In this document: in pieces, positions 1-8,601 of the stretch | Layout of the letters: each line of letters starts with the position of its first letter | Numbering within the stretch: the stretch's first letter is position 1 | Assembly: GCA_016781775.1 (NCBI GenBank) | Contig: JADDPR010000266.1 | Location: forward strand, 6,485-70,484 | Length of the DNA: 64,000 nucleotides | Source: Rubrobacter sp. | GTDB taxonomy: Bacteria > Actinomycetota > Rubrobacteria > Rubrobacterales > Rubrobacteraceae | Direction: 5' to 3' | Made by a program: the position numbers and the translations under genes | The notes under the pieces: model-generated | What the model was told of the DNA's origin: nothing | Seen by the model: only the letters and a program-made list of their open reading frames with translations | The model's database searches: none

Positions 1-292
1 CCGGCGGCACGTCCTCGACGTTCAGCATCTCGTAGAGGGCGAGGCGCAGGATGTTCCGGTCGATCGCGCTCATCCGCTCCACCGTCCAGCCGACGGCGGC
101 CTCCCCGATGCGGGCATCGAGCTCTTCTTTGTGCTCCTCGACCCCCCGCACGAGCCTGGCCATGTAGAGGTCCACCTCCTCGCCCCGGTAGGAGCGCCAC
201 CTGTTCAGGACGTCCTCGACGGGACGGCCGGTGAGGTCGCCCTGGTAGAGCGTGATAAAAGCGTTCTTTCGCGCCGTACGTCGGCTGCTCAA
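1..292 (-). CDS. nusB: Transcription antitermination factor NusB (3' end runs off window)
   Basis: Manual translation from TTG at 292: (M)SSRRTARKNAFITLYQGD...GWTVERMSAIDRNILRLALYEMLNVEDVPP; directly follows efp. Confidence 0.93.
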   Translation of the reverse strand, partial: MSSRRTARKNAFITLYQGDLTGRPVEDVLNRWRSYRGEEVDLYMARLVRGVEEHKEELDARIGEAAVGWTVERMSAIDRNILRLALYEMLNVEDVPP

Positions 293-307
293 GCCTTTTT
301 TCTCCCC

Positions 308-865
308 CTAGACCCTCGTCAGATACTCTTTGGTGCGCGTGTCCACCCGCACCCTATCGCCGATGTTCACGAAGAGGGGCACCTGCACCACGAGCCCAGT
401 CTCGAGCGTCGCGGGCTTCGAGCCCCCGGTCGCCGTATCCCCCTTGAGGCCGGGGTCCGTCTCCGTCACCTCGAGGTCCACGTGGGCCGGAGGTTCGACG
501 CCGATAACCTCACCGTCCGCGCTCAGAACCTTGGCCTCGCCGTTCGGAACGATAAAGCCCGCGGTCTCGCCGAGAACGTCGGACGGGACCGCGACCTGCT
601 CGAAGGTATCCGAGTCCATGAAGTTGTACAGGTCCCCGTCCGCGTAGAGGAACGTCATGGGCCGCGTCTCGGTCCTCACGGGCTCGAACTTCTCCCCTGC
701 CCGGAAGGTCTTCTCGATCACGGCCCCCGTGTCGATGTTCCGAAGGCGCGTCCTCACGAACGCCCCGCCCTTCCCGGGCTTGACGTGCTGAAAGTACAAG
801 ATCGTGAAGCGCTTGCCGTCCGAGCGGAAGGCCGCACCGTTTTTAAACTGGCTCGTCGAAATCAT
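308..865 (-). CDS. efp: Elongation factor P
   Basis: [10 protein letters not shown]...[13 protein letters not shown]...[16 protein letters not shown]...VPLFVNIGD; ATG at 865 gives 185 aa. Confidence 0.97.
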   Translation of the reverse strand: MISTSQFKNGAAFRSDGKRFTILYFQHVKPGKGGAFVRTRLRNIDTGAVIEKTFRAGEKFEPVRTETRPMTFLYADGDLYNFMDSDTFEQVAVPSDVLGETAGFIVPNGEAKVLSADGEVIGVEPPAHVDLEVTETDPGLKGDTATGGSKPATLETGLVVQVPLFVNIGDRVRVDTRTKEYLTRV

Positions 866-914
866 GAAATCAACTACTCCCGATACCGCTACCCTACTCC
901 AAAAACGCCGCGAT

Positions 915-923
915 ATTATCGCA
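915..923 (-). promoter_or_regulatory. Putative extended -10 (TGcGATAAT) upstream of efp
   Basis: Minus strand reads TGCGATAAT about 50 nt upstream of the efp ATG. Confidence 0.4.
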
Positions 924-955
924 CAAATCCTCCCGCCCTCCCGACGAGCGCGAGG

Positions 956-979
956 ACACCCGAACGCCCGAACGCCCGA
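956..979. repeat. Three tandem 8-nt units AC(A/G)CCCGA in the efp-aroQ spacer
   Basis: acacccga-acgcccga-acgcccga read directly. Confidence 0.6.
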
Positions 980-1102
980 GCCGAAAGCTCCGCCCAAAGC
1001 ACCGCGATACACGGTCTTGGACCCCATCCAAGCCGTCACGCCCCCCGCCAGGTGAAGCTCGGTCGCGGGCCTGTCCCGCCGACGAAGTACCGGCGAACGG
1101 CT

Positions 1103-1546
1103 CTAGCCGCGCCGTTGCTCCAGCACGTAACGCGTAGCCGCGACGTAGCCCCACTCCCTCATGCCGGCGACTACCGCGTCCACCGCGGGCGAGACGACCG
1201 AGTGGCGCCGCCAGGACTCCCTGGCGTGGACGTTGGAGAGGTGAACCTCGACCTTCGGTACGGCCACCGCCTCCAGCGCGTCGTGGAGGGCGTAGGCATA
1301 GTGGGTCCACGCGCCGGGGTTGATCAGGAGCCCGTCCGCATTGGCGGCCTCCCGGATAAAACCGACCATTTCTCCCTCGTGGTCCGTCTGCCTGAACTGG
1401 AAGTTCACCGCCGGAAACTCCCCCCCAAGAAGGCTCTCGATGTCGTCGAGGGTGAGAGTTCCGTAAACCGCCGGACGCCGCTTGCCGAGGGTGCCGAGGT
1501 TGACACCGTTGAGGACGTGGACGGTGGCGTTGGGGCTAGGGTCCAA
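1103..1546 (-). CDS. aroQ: Type II 3-dehydroquinate dehydratase
   Basis: VLNGVNLGTLGKRRPAVYG, INPGAWTHY, EVHLSNVHARESWR motifs. Confidence 0.95.
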   Translation of the reverse strand: MDPSPNATVHVLNGVNLGTLGKRRPAVYGTLTLDDIESLLGGEFPAVNFQFRQTDHEGEMVGFIREAANADGLLINPGAWTHYAYALHDALEAVAVPKVEVHLSNVHARESWRRHSVVSPAVDAVVAGMREWGYVAATRYVLEQRRG

Positions 1547-2633
1547 GGACAGAGCCTATCGCCGAGCGTGCTTCGTCCGCGGTCACGGGGACGCCGTGTA
1601 CGGGCCGCCCGATGTCTTCGAGCAGGACGAAGCGGTATCGTCCCTCCCCGTCGGAGCTCCGGCGCTTTTTGTCCCGGCCCATCGCACCGAGGACGGCCTC
1701 GACGTCGGCGGAGGGGACGGTCAGCGGGAGGCCGGCGGCGCGGAGGAGGTCCTCGTGCGTCTCGACGAGGTCGGGACCGAGCTTGGATTGCGAGAGGCGG
1801 GCGGCGGCGAGCATGCCGACGGCCACGGCCTCCCCGTGCGGGAGGTCGTAGCCCGCAGCGGCTTCGAGGCCGTGCGCGATCGTGTGGCCGTAGTTCAGGA
1901 CGGCGCGGAGGCCGGCCTCCCTCTCGTCCTCCGTGACGACGGCGGCCTTGTAGCGGACGGAGTCCAGGATCAGGGCTTGCAGGGCTTCGGCGTCGCGTCC
2001 CCTGGCCGCGCCGAGGTGCTCGCCCAGGTCGTCGTAGAAGGAGCCGCCCGAGAGGATGCCCATCTTCACCACCTCGGCGAGGCCCTGGGAGAGCTCGCGG
2101 TCCGGGAGCGTTTGGAGCCAGTCGAGGTTCGCGGCGACGAGGCGGGGCTGTAGGAAGGCCCCGACGAGGTTCTTCCCCTCCGGCAGGTCGAGCCCGACCT
2201 TGCCGCCCACGGAGCTGTCCACCATCGCCAGGAGCGAGGTCGGAAGCTGGACGAGGTTTATCCCCCGCATGTAGCTGCTCGCCACAAAGCCGCCGAGGTC
2301 CCCCACCACGCCGCCCCCGAGGGCGAAGAGCGTGCCGTCGCGCGGAAGACCGGCCGCGGCGAGGCGGCGCAGGACGGTCTCGTAGACGGCGAGGCTCTTC
2401 GAGGCCTCGCCCGCCGGGACCGTTACGACCGCCGGGATCTCCCACCCGGCGTCCGCGAGGGCGGCGGAGACGGCGTCGGCGTGCAGGGGCCCGACGGACG
2501 AGTCGGTGAGGATGGCCCCGGCACCGGGCCGCAGCGCATGGGAGACGGCGGAGGCGAGGTCGAGGGCGGGTTCGACGCGAACCTCGTAGGGCGCTGCGGA
2601 GCCCGTATCGACCGTAACGCTTCCCGCGAGCAC
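1536..2633 (-). CDS. aroB: 3-dehydroquinate synthase
   Basis: GEASKS, ALGGGVVGDLGGFVASSYMRG, PTSLLAMVDSSVGGK, LNYGHTIAH; start trimmed to GTG at 2633. Confidence 0.95.
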   Translation of the reverse strand: MLAGSVTVDTGSAAPYEVRVEPALDLASAVSHALRPGAGAILTDSSVGPLHADAVSAALADAGWEIPAVVTVPAGEASKSLAVYETVLRRLAAAGLPRDGTLFALGGGVVGDLGGFVASSYMRGINLVQLPTSLLAMVDSSVGGKVGLDLPEGKNLVGAFLQPRLVAANLDWLQTLPDRELSQGLAEVVKMGILSGGSFYDDLGEHLGAARGRDAEALQALILDSVRYKAAVVTEDEREAGLRAVLNYGHTIAHGLEAAAGYDLPHGEAVAVGMLAAARLSQSKLGPDLVETHEDLLRAAGLPLTVPSADVEAVLGAMGRDKKRRSSDGEGRYRFVLLEDIGRPVHGVPVTADEARSAIGSVLGP

Positions 2634-2635
2634 CG

Positions 2636-3145
2636 TTACGCCGCCTCCGTCTTGAGCCACTCGACGATCTCGTCGGCGACGCGGCGCGGAGGGCGTCCGC
2701 CGGGCTCGAGGTGCAGGGAGGCGACCTCGAGGTAGTAAGGGAGCCGCTCGGCGTAGCGGCGGGAGAAGTCCTCGAAGCTCGCGCCCCTCAAGGGCCGGCC
2801 CGAGCCGCGGGTCCTGCGGTACAGGACGTCGGCGTCCTCCCACAAAAAGACCGTCGGGACTTGCCGCAGGAGGGCGCGGTTGCGCGGGTCGATCACGACG
2901 CCGCCGCCGCACGAGACGACCCTCTCCCGGGGGCCGTCCAGGGCCTCGATGAGTTCCCGTCGCTCCAGCTCGCGGAAGCGGGGTTCGCCGGAGGAGGCGA
3001 AGATCTCGGGGATGGAGAGCCCCGCCCTCTCGGCGATGGCCGCGTCGAGGTCTAGAAGCTGCCAACCGAGTTGCCCCGCGAGGGCGCGCCCGACCGTGGT
3101 CTTACCGCTGCCCATGTAGCCTACCAAGGCGAGCGGTCCCCGCAT
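2636..3145 (-). CDS. aroK: Shikimate kinase
   Basis: P-loop GYMGSGKTT, DLDAAI, GEPRFRELE, SCGGG, RPL. Confidence 0.95.
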   Translation of the reverse strand: MRGPLALVGYMGSGKTTVGRALAGQLGWQLLDLDAAIAERAGLSIPEIFASSGEPRFRELERRELIEALDGPRERVVSCGGGVVIDPRNRALLRQVPTVFLWEDADVLYRRTRGSGRPLRGASFEDFSRRYAERLPYYLEVASLHLEPGGRPPRRVADEIVEWLKTEAA

Positions 3146-3149
3146 CGGG

Positions 3150-4331
3150 CTATTCGCCGTTCCCGGCGCTCTTGGCGCGTACCTCGTCGCGCAGGCGACC
3201 GGTGTAGGACTCGTAGGCGGCGCGCAGGTCGGTCATGTTGTCCCCGCCGAACTTCTCCAGCAGGGCGTCGGCCAGCACGATCGCGACCATCGACTCCCCG
3301 ACCACGGCGGCGGCCATCACGGCGCACGAATCGGCCCTCTCTTTAAAGGCTCGGGCGGGCTCGTAGGTCGAGAGGTCGACCGTCCGAAGCGCCTTGGCGA
3401 TCGTCGAGATCGGCTTCATGGCGGCAGAGACGACGACGGGCTCGCCGTTCGTCATGCCGCCCTCGAAGCCGCCGGCGCGGTTGGAGGAGCGGACCAGCTC
3501 GCCGTTCTCCAGCAGGATCTCGTCCTGCACCTCGCTGCTTCTGCGGCTCGCCACCCCGAAGCCCATCCCCACCTCCACGCCCTTCATCGCGTTGATGGAC
3601 ATGATCGCGTGCGCGAGCCTGGCGTCGAGCTTGTCGCGCCAGTCCACGTAGGAGCCGAGCCCCGGCGGCAGGCCTTCGGCGACGACGACGAACTCCCCGC
3701 CCAGGGCGTCGCGGGCGTAGCGGGCCGCGTCGATCTCGGCCTTCATCTTCTCGGTAACCTCGGGGTCCGGGCAGCGCACCTCCGACTCGTCGGCCTTCTC
3801 GGCCTGAAGGGCCGCCGCCTCCTTGTCCATCGCGACCTCGCCGATCCGGTAGACCGCGCTGTTGATTCTGACGCCGAACTCGGCGAGGAGCTTGCGCGCG
3901 ATGCCGCCGGCGGCGACGCGGGCGGTCGTCTCCCGGGCGCTGGAGCGCTCCAGGACGTTCCTCAGGTCGTCGAAATGGTACTTCTGCATCCCCGGGAGGT
4001 CGGCGTGGCCGGGCCTGGGGAGCGTGATCTTCTTGGGCTCCTTCTCGGGCGGCTCTGGGCTCATCCGGTCCACCCAGTTGGAGTAGTCCTTGTTCCTCAC
4101 GAGCATGGCGATCGGGGAGCCTAAAGTGTACCCGTGACGCACCCCGCCGAGAAACTCGACCTCGTCCTTCTCTATCTTCTGCCGGCCCCCGCGGCCGTAA
4201 CCCTTCTGCCTACGCGCGAGGTCCCGGTTGACGTCTGCCGCCACGAGGCCCAAACCAGCCGGGACCCCATGCACCAACGCGACCTCGCCAGGTCCATGCG
4301 ACTCCCCTGCCGTGGAAAAATCGAACCTCAT
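3150..4331 (-). CDS. aroC: Chorismate synthase
   Basis: TAGESHG, PRPGHAD, ERSSARET, GGFEGGMTNG, MKPISTI. Confidence 0.97.
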   Translation of the reverse strand: MRFDFSTAGESHGPGEVALVHGVPAGLGLVAADVNRDLARRQKGYGRGGRQKIEKDEVEFLGGVRHGYTLGSPIAMLVRNKDYSNWVDRMSPEPPEKEPKKITLPRPGHADLPGMQKYHFDDLRNVLERSSARETTARVAAGGIARKLLAEFGVRINSAVYRIGEVAMDKEAAALQAEKADESEVRCPDPEVTEKMKAEIDAARYARDALGGEFVVVAEGLPPGLGSYVDWRDKLDARLAHAIMSINAMKGVEVGMGFGVASRRSSEVQDEILLENGELVRSSNRAGGFEGGMTNGEPVVVSAAMKPISTIAKALRTVDLSTYEPARAFKERADSCAVMAAAVVGESMVAIVLADALLEKFGGDNMTDLRAAYESYTGRLRDEVRAKSAGNGE

Positions 4332-4372
4332 CTACCCCGCACCTTCCCTCTCTGAAAGAAGCTCTCGAACAA

Positions 4373-4398
4373 GGCGGCCGGCATGTTCCCTGGCCGCC
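4373..4398 (-). terminator. GC hairpin (GGCGGCC/GGCCGCC) between the pil operon and aroC; possible weak terminator
   Basis: 7-bp inverted repeat followed by TTGTT on the minus strand; U-tract is weak. Confidence 0.3.
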
Positions 4399-4490
4399 CG
4401 GCTAATATAAACTAGCAGCCCCCGCCCGAACACCCCCACGCGCGCGACGACGCCGCAGCCCACATGGCCATCCCCCGAACGGGGAGCCCC

Positions 4491-5237
4491 TTACCGGCCC
4501 AGTCCACCGCCGCTATCGAAGAGGTTCCCGTTGCCGTCCCCGTCGCCGTACTGGCCGGAGCCACCGCCACCGGAGCCGCCGTTCCCGGAGCCACCACCGT
4601 TACCGCGATTCCCACCGGAGCCGCTGCCCGAGCCGTTACCGGAGCCGCTGCCGTCGTCAAAGTCGGAATCGCCGGGCGAGGTTTGATCCAGGGAGTCGTC
4701 CCCGCCGTCCGCGTACTGATCGCCGCCGGATCCAGCATCGGAGCCCGACCCGGCATCGCCCGAGCCATCCTCGGTCTCCGATCCGCCACCGTCGGAGCCA
4801 TCCGAGCCCGTCCCGCTCCCCGCATCGTCGTCGCCGGCATCCGCGTCCGTGTCGCCCCCTGCGGCGTCGCCCCCGCCCGCGTCCGCCGGGGGGAAGAGCT
4901 CCCGGAACGGGTCCTTGCTCTCGTAGATGTCTATGGACTCGTTGTCGCGGTTCTCCACGCTGGGCGCGGGGGTCTCGGAGGGGCCGCCTTCCTCCTCCGG
5001 TGCCTGGGCGACGGACGGCTGCGCGGCCTGGCGGGCGACGCGCTCCTCCTCGCCCGGATCTCCGATGATGATGCCCGCGAGGAGCCAGGCGAAGATGATG
5101 AGCGCCAGCGCCGCGAGGACCGGCGCCAGCACCTTGTTGTCGCGAAGCAGCCCGTCGCGGAGCCCGCCGAGCGCCTCGACGATGCGGGTGCCAAGGCCGC
5201 GGCGCTCCGGCTCCATAAGCTGGAGTCGGCGTACCAT
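4491..5237 (-). CDS. Bitopic membrane protein with DPF motif and Gly/Ser/Asp-rich tail; PilP/PilW-like accessory protein
   Basis: One TM (VLAPVLAALALIIFAWLLAGIII), 'SKDPFRELFPP', low-complexity tail; directly after pilO. Confidence 0.6.
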   Translation of the reverse strand: MVRRLQLMEPERRGLGTRIVEALGGLRDGLLRDNKVLAPVLAALALIIFAWLLAGIIIGDPGEEERVARQAAQPSVAQAPEEEGGPSETPAPSVENRDNESIDIYESKDPFRELFPPADAGGGDAAGGDTDADAGDDDAGSGTGSDGSDGGGSETEDGSGDAGSGSDAGSGGDQYADGGDDSLDQTSPGDSDFDDGSGSGNGSGSGSGGNRGNGGGSGNGGSGGGGSGQYGDGDGNGNLFDSGGGLGR

Positions 5238-5239
5238 CC

Positions 5240-5944
5240 CTACGTCCCCCCGGCGGCGGTGGTGCCCTGCGCCGCCGTCGTGCCGCCGGTCGGTCCTCCG
5301 GGGGCCGCGGGTGCCGCGGGGCTCGTCGAGCCGCTCGCGGGCTGGACGTACGTCTCGGCCTGGATCTCGACCGTCAGAACCTCCTCCGTCCCCGCCACCG
5401 TGGTGCTGCCCCCCTCCTCCTGGAGTTCTTCCCAGGTAGTCTCGTTGACCGTCACCAGACGGCTCAGGTTCTTGAGCCGGAAAAAGAAGTCCTGCATCTC
5501 CAGGTACGTCCCTTCAAAGGACATTGTAAGCGGTATGCGCGAAAAGTCACCATCTGCCGGGGCCGGCGCGGTCGCTCCCCCTGCCGTGGCCCCACCTGCC
5601 GTGGCCCCCGGGTCTCCGGGGGTGATAACGAGCTGGGTCGCGCCGGCGTCCTCGGCGATCTGCTCGATCTGGACGAGGAGGGTCGGGATCTCCTCCTGCT
5701 CGGGGAGGCGCTTTGAGTACTCGAGGATGTTCCGCTCGATCTCCGGGGCGTTACGCCGGACGTTCTCCAGCTCGGCAACGCTCTGCTCGAGCTGGGCCCG
5801 TTGCTGCTCCCTCTGGGTCCGCTCGTCGTAGGCGGCGAGGTAGCGCTGGCGCAGCGGGCTGAAGAGCAGGAAGTAGTAGCCGACCGCGAGGAGAAGCAGG
5901 AGCAGGATCCCGAGTATCAGGATGTTCCGGTCGTTACGGTCCAT
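5240..5944 (-). CDS. pilO: Type IV pilus assembly protein PilO
   Basis: N-terminal TM, coiled coil, 'RLPEQEEIPTLL', 'FEGTYLEMQDFFFRLKNLSRLVTV'. Confidence 0.88.
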   Translation of the reverse strand: MDRNDRNILILGILLLLLLAVGYYFLLFSPLRQRYLAAYDERTQREQQRAQLEQSVAELENVRRNAPEIERNILEYSKRLPEQEEIPTLLVQIEQIAEDAGATQLVITPGDPGATAGGATAGGATAPAPADGDFSRIPLTMSFEGTYLEMQDFFFRLKNLSRLVTVNETTWEELQEEGGSTTVAGTEEVLTVEIQAETYVQPASGSTSPAAPAAPGGPTGGTTAAQGTTAAGGT

Positions 5945-6704
5945 ACTGGTACTCCACCTCCGAGAAGTTGTCGCCGGCCCGGCTCGCCTGCTGGTCCTGG
6001 AGCGGCGCCCCCGTATCGTCCTCGCCCTCGTCCGGCTGGCCGTCCTCGAGGCGCACCTCGTTGCCGTCGTCCCCGACGCGGGTGACGAGCTCGGCGGAGA
6101 CCTCGAAGGTGATCGCCTCGCTCGCGAAGGTCTCCCGGTCGAGCTCGGCGGTGGTGAGCCGGGCGTTCGCGAGGAAGCGCAGGTTGTTCATCCTCACCAT
6201 GAAGTCCGAGACGTTCTGGTACTCGGGCTCCGCGATACCGGTGAACGTGATGGTCCCCGGCGGCTCCAGGTTCTGCACGGTCGGCGGCTCGACCGGCGGG
6301 GTCTGGATGTTGACCGGGGTCGCCTGCCCCACGAAGCTGTCCAGCGCCGTGGCATCCGGGATCACGAACGCGAGCTGGCGCAAGAACTCGTCCCACGGGA
6401 AGCGCGTGCGGAAGATGCCGTCCGCGATGGGCTTCTTCGCGTCCAGCCGCGCCTGCAGGTCCGCGTAGGGCTCTAGCTCCTGAATGCGTGCCTGCTGTCG
6501 GGCGATGTCCCCGTCCACGGCGGCGATCCGCTCCTCCTCGTTCCCCAGCCGGATAAAGTAGAGGAGGTACAGCCCGATCATCAGCATCACCAGAATCGCC
6601 CCGGCGATGAGCAGGGCACCGATGATGCCGCCCCTCGACGCCGACGGTAAACTCGGCCGGCGGCCTCGCCGCTCGTCGGGCGGCAGAAGGTTTACACGCC
6701 TCAC
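5934..6704 (-). CDS. pilN: Type IV pilus assembly protein PilN
   Basis: N-terminal 'RVNLLP' PilM-binding motif, TM, coiled coil, ferredoxin-like domain. Confidence 0.88.
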   Translation of the reverse strand: MRRVNLLPPDERRGRRPSLPSASRGGIIGALLIAGAILVMLMIGLYLLYFIRLGNEEERIAAVDGDIARQQARIQELEPYADLQARLDAKKPIADGIFRTRFPWDEFLRQLAFVIPDATALDSFVGQATPVNIQTPPVEPPTVQNLEPPGTITFTGIAEPEYQNVSDFMVRMNNLRFLANARLTTAELDRETFASEAITFEVSAELVTRVGDDGNEVRLEDGQPDEGEDDTGAPLQDQQASRAGDNFSEVEYQYGP

Positions 6705-6729
6705 GGCGTGACCTCATGCAACCCTCTGA

Positions 6730-7836
6730 TCACGCCTCCTCCAGGGCGAGCCCCAGGGAGACCGCGAGCACGGGCTCCATCACCCGGAGCTGCTCGTCGG
6801 GCACGTTCGACTTGTTCGCCGCGAGCTTCTGAAGGGGCGTGCCGCGACGCGTCGGGATGCCCAGCAGCTCCCCGAGGTAGGCGTCGAGCCCGTTCACCAG
6901 GGCCCCCTCGCCCGAGACGAAAACCTGCGCCACCTCCCGAGAGCCGGGCTGCGAGTAGTGGTACTCGATCGAGCGCTGCACGTCCTCCGCGAGCGCCTGG
7001 ATCGCGTCCTCCAGCCCCCGCCTCACGTCGTACATCAGCGCCGGGTCGAAATCAGCCTCTGCCTCCGGGTCCGCGCCCTCGTCGTCGACGGTCTGGGACC
7101 CGATCCTCACCCTCGGGTTCATAAGCTGGCGCTCGGCCTCCTCCTCGGGGACGTCGGCAACCTCGGAGACGACCTGGGCCAGGTAGCCCGAGCCACCCGG
7201 GATGAAGCGCGTCAGCGTCGGGGCGCCACCCTGTGCGATGAGAAGGTTCGTTATCTCCGTCGCCACGTCGAGAAGCAGGATCGCCCCCTCGTCGTCGAAG
7301 AGGGCGTTCGGCAGCGTCGAGCGGACGAGGGAGAGCGCCTTCACGTCTATCCCCTGGGGCCGCAAGCCCGCTGCCCGCACCACCGAGGCGAAGCGCCCGA
7401 CCATCTCCTTCTGCGCCGCGACGATAAGGATCCGGTCGAGGTCCGAACCCTCCCCAGCCGGCCCGAGCACCACGTAATCGAGGATGGCCTCGTCGATCGG
7501 CATCGGGATGTGGTCCTGGGCCTCGAAGCTTATGGCCCCCTTGAGATCGTTTGGGTTCATCCTCGGAAAATCCAGGAGACGAACGACGACCTTCTGGTTC
7601 GCTACCCCAAGGTAGGCGTTCTTCCCCTTGAACGAGTGCGATCCCCAGAACTCCTTGAGCTCGCTGGCGAGCAGATCGTGGTCGGCGACCTCTCCATCGG
7701 CCACGGCCCCCGCGGGGAGCTTGCGGTAACCGACGTGCTGGAGCGTGTAAGCACCGCCGGATTGGGAGACCTGCACCGCTTTGATCGCCCCGCGGTCTAT
7801 GTCCAGCCCCACGGCCTGCGCCCTGAAACGCCCCAT
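6730..7836 (-). CDS. pilM: Type IV pilus assembly protein PilM (actin-like)
   Basis: VGLDIDRGAIKAV, FEAQDHIPMPIDEAILDY, VFVSGEGA, SLGLAL. Confidence 0.93.
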   Translation of the reverse strand: MGRFRAQAVGLDIDRGAIKAVQVSQSGGAYTLQHVGYRKLPAGAVADGEVADHDLLASELKEFWGSHSFKGKNAYLGVANQKVVVRLLDFPRMNPNDLKGAISFEAQDHIPMPIDEAILDYVVLGPAGEGSDLDRILIVAAQKEMVGRFASVVRAAGLRPQGIDVKALSLVRSTLPNALFDDEGAILLLDVATEITNLLIAQGGAPTLTRFIPGGSGYLAQVVSEVADVPEEEAERQLMNPRVRIGSQTVDDEGADPEAEADFDPALMYDVRRGLEDAIQALAEDVQRSIEYHYSQPGSREVAQVFVSGEGALVNGLDAYLGELLGIPTRRGTPLQKLAANKSNVPDEQLRVMEPVLAVSLGLALEEA

Positions 7837-7840
7837 CCCC

Positions 7841-8601
7841 CTACACCTCCCCGCTCACGGCCAGAAAGAGCTCGGTGTAAGAGCCCCAGATCTGCGGCCC
7901 GAGAAACGACACCACAACCCCCGCGATGGCGAGGAACACCCCGAAAGGCAGCGCGGTCCTACGCTGCATCCTCCCCGTCGCCATAAGGACCCCCGCCGTG
8001 ATCGCGCCCAACAGCGCTCCGAGAAAGACGGCCAGGAGGGCATAGAGCCCGAGAAAAGCCCCGAGCATCCCCCCATCTTCACGTCGCCCATCCCCATCCC
8101 GCCGGGCCGGGCGATCGCGAGCGCGAACAAAGCCCCCGCCACGCCGATCGTTGATAGAAGGTAGACCCACCAGCGCGAAGGCTCTAGCGCCACCGACAGG
8201 ACGAGTCCGACGACCGTCGCCGGGAACACGATCGCGTTCGGCAGCAGCCTGTACTGGAGGTCCGTCCCCCCGAGCGCAACGAGCACCCCTATAAGGACGA
8301 TCGCCGACACAAGCTCCAGCGAGAGCCCGTATCGGTAAGCCGCGATCCCGAACAAAAGCCCCGTAAGCCCCTCGACGAGGGGGTACCGCGGCGAGATGCG
8401 CACCCCACAATCACGGCACCTCCCCCGGAGCAGAAGGTACGAGAGCAGCGGCACGTTGTCGAAGCTCTTTATGGGGGCCTCGCAATTCGGGCATCGCGAG
8501 CTCGGCCATACGATGGACTGGCGAAGTGGAACCCTGTGGATCACGACGTTCAGGAAGCTCCCGACCGCGAGCCCGAAGAGCACCGCGACGACGACGATCA
8601 C
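7841..8601 (-). pseudogene. pilD: Prepilin peptidase/N-methyltransferase PilD with a one-base frameshift in a G6 tract (8069-8074)
   Basis: GSFLNVVIHRVP, CPNC/CRDC, DLQYRLLP, GMGMGDVK in one frame; C-terminal MLGAFLG...LPFGVFLAIAG in another frame; one extra G restores a full ORF. Confidence 0.85.

Noticed and set aside
4491-4900. Repetitive DNA (ccggagccg-like units) resembling a repeat array or CRISPR
   Set aside because: It encodes the Gly/Ser/Asp tail of the PilP-like protein; there is no repeat-spacer structure and no cas gene.
5575-5612. 15-bp tandem duplication in pilO (GATAG units)
   Set aside because: In-frame expansion of a flexible loop with no evidence of regulatory function.
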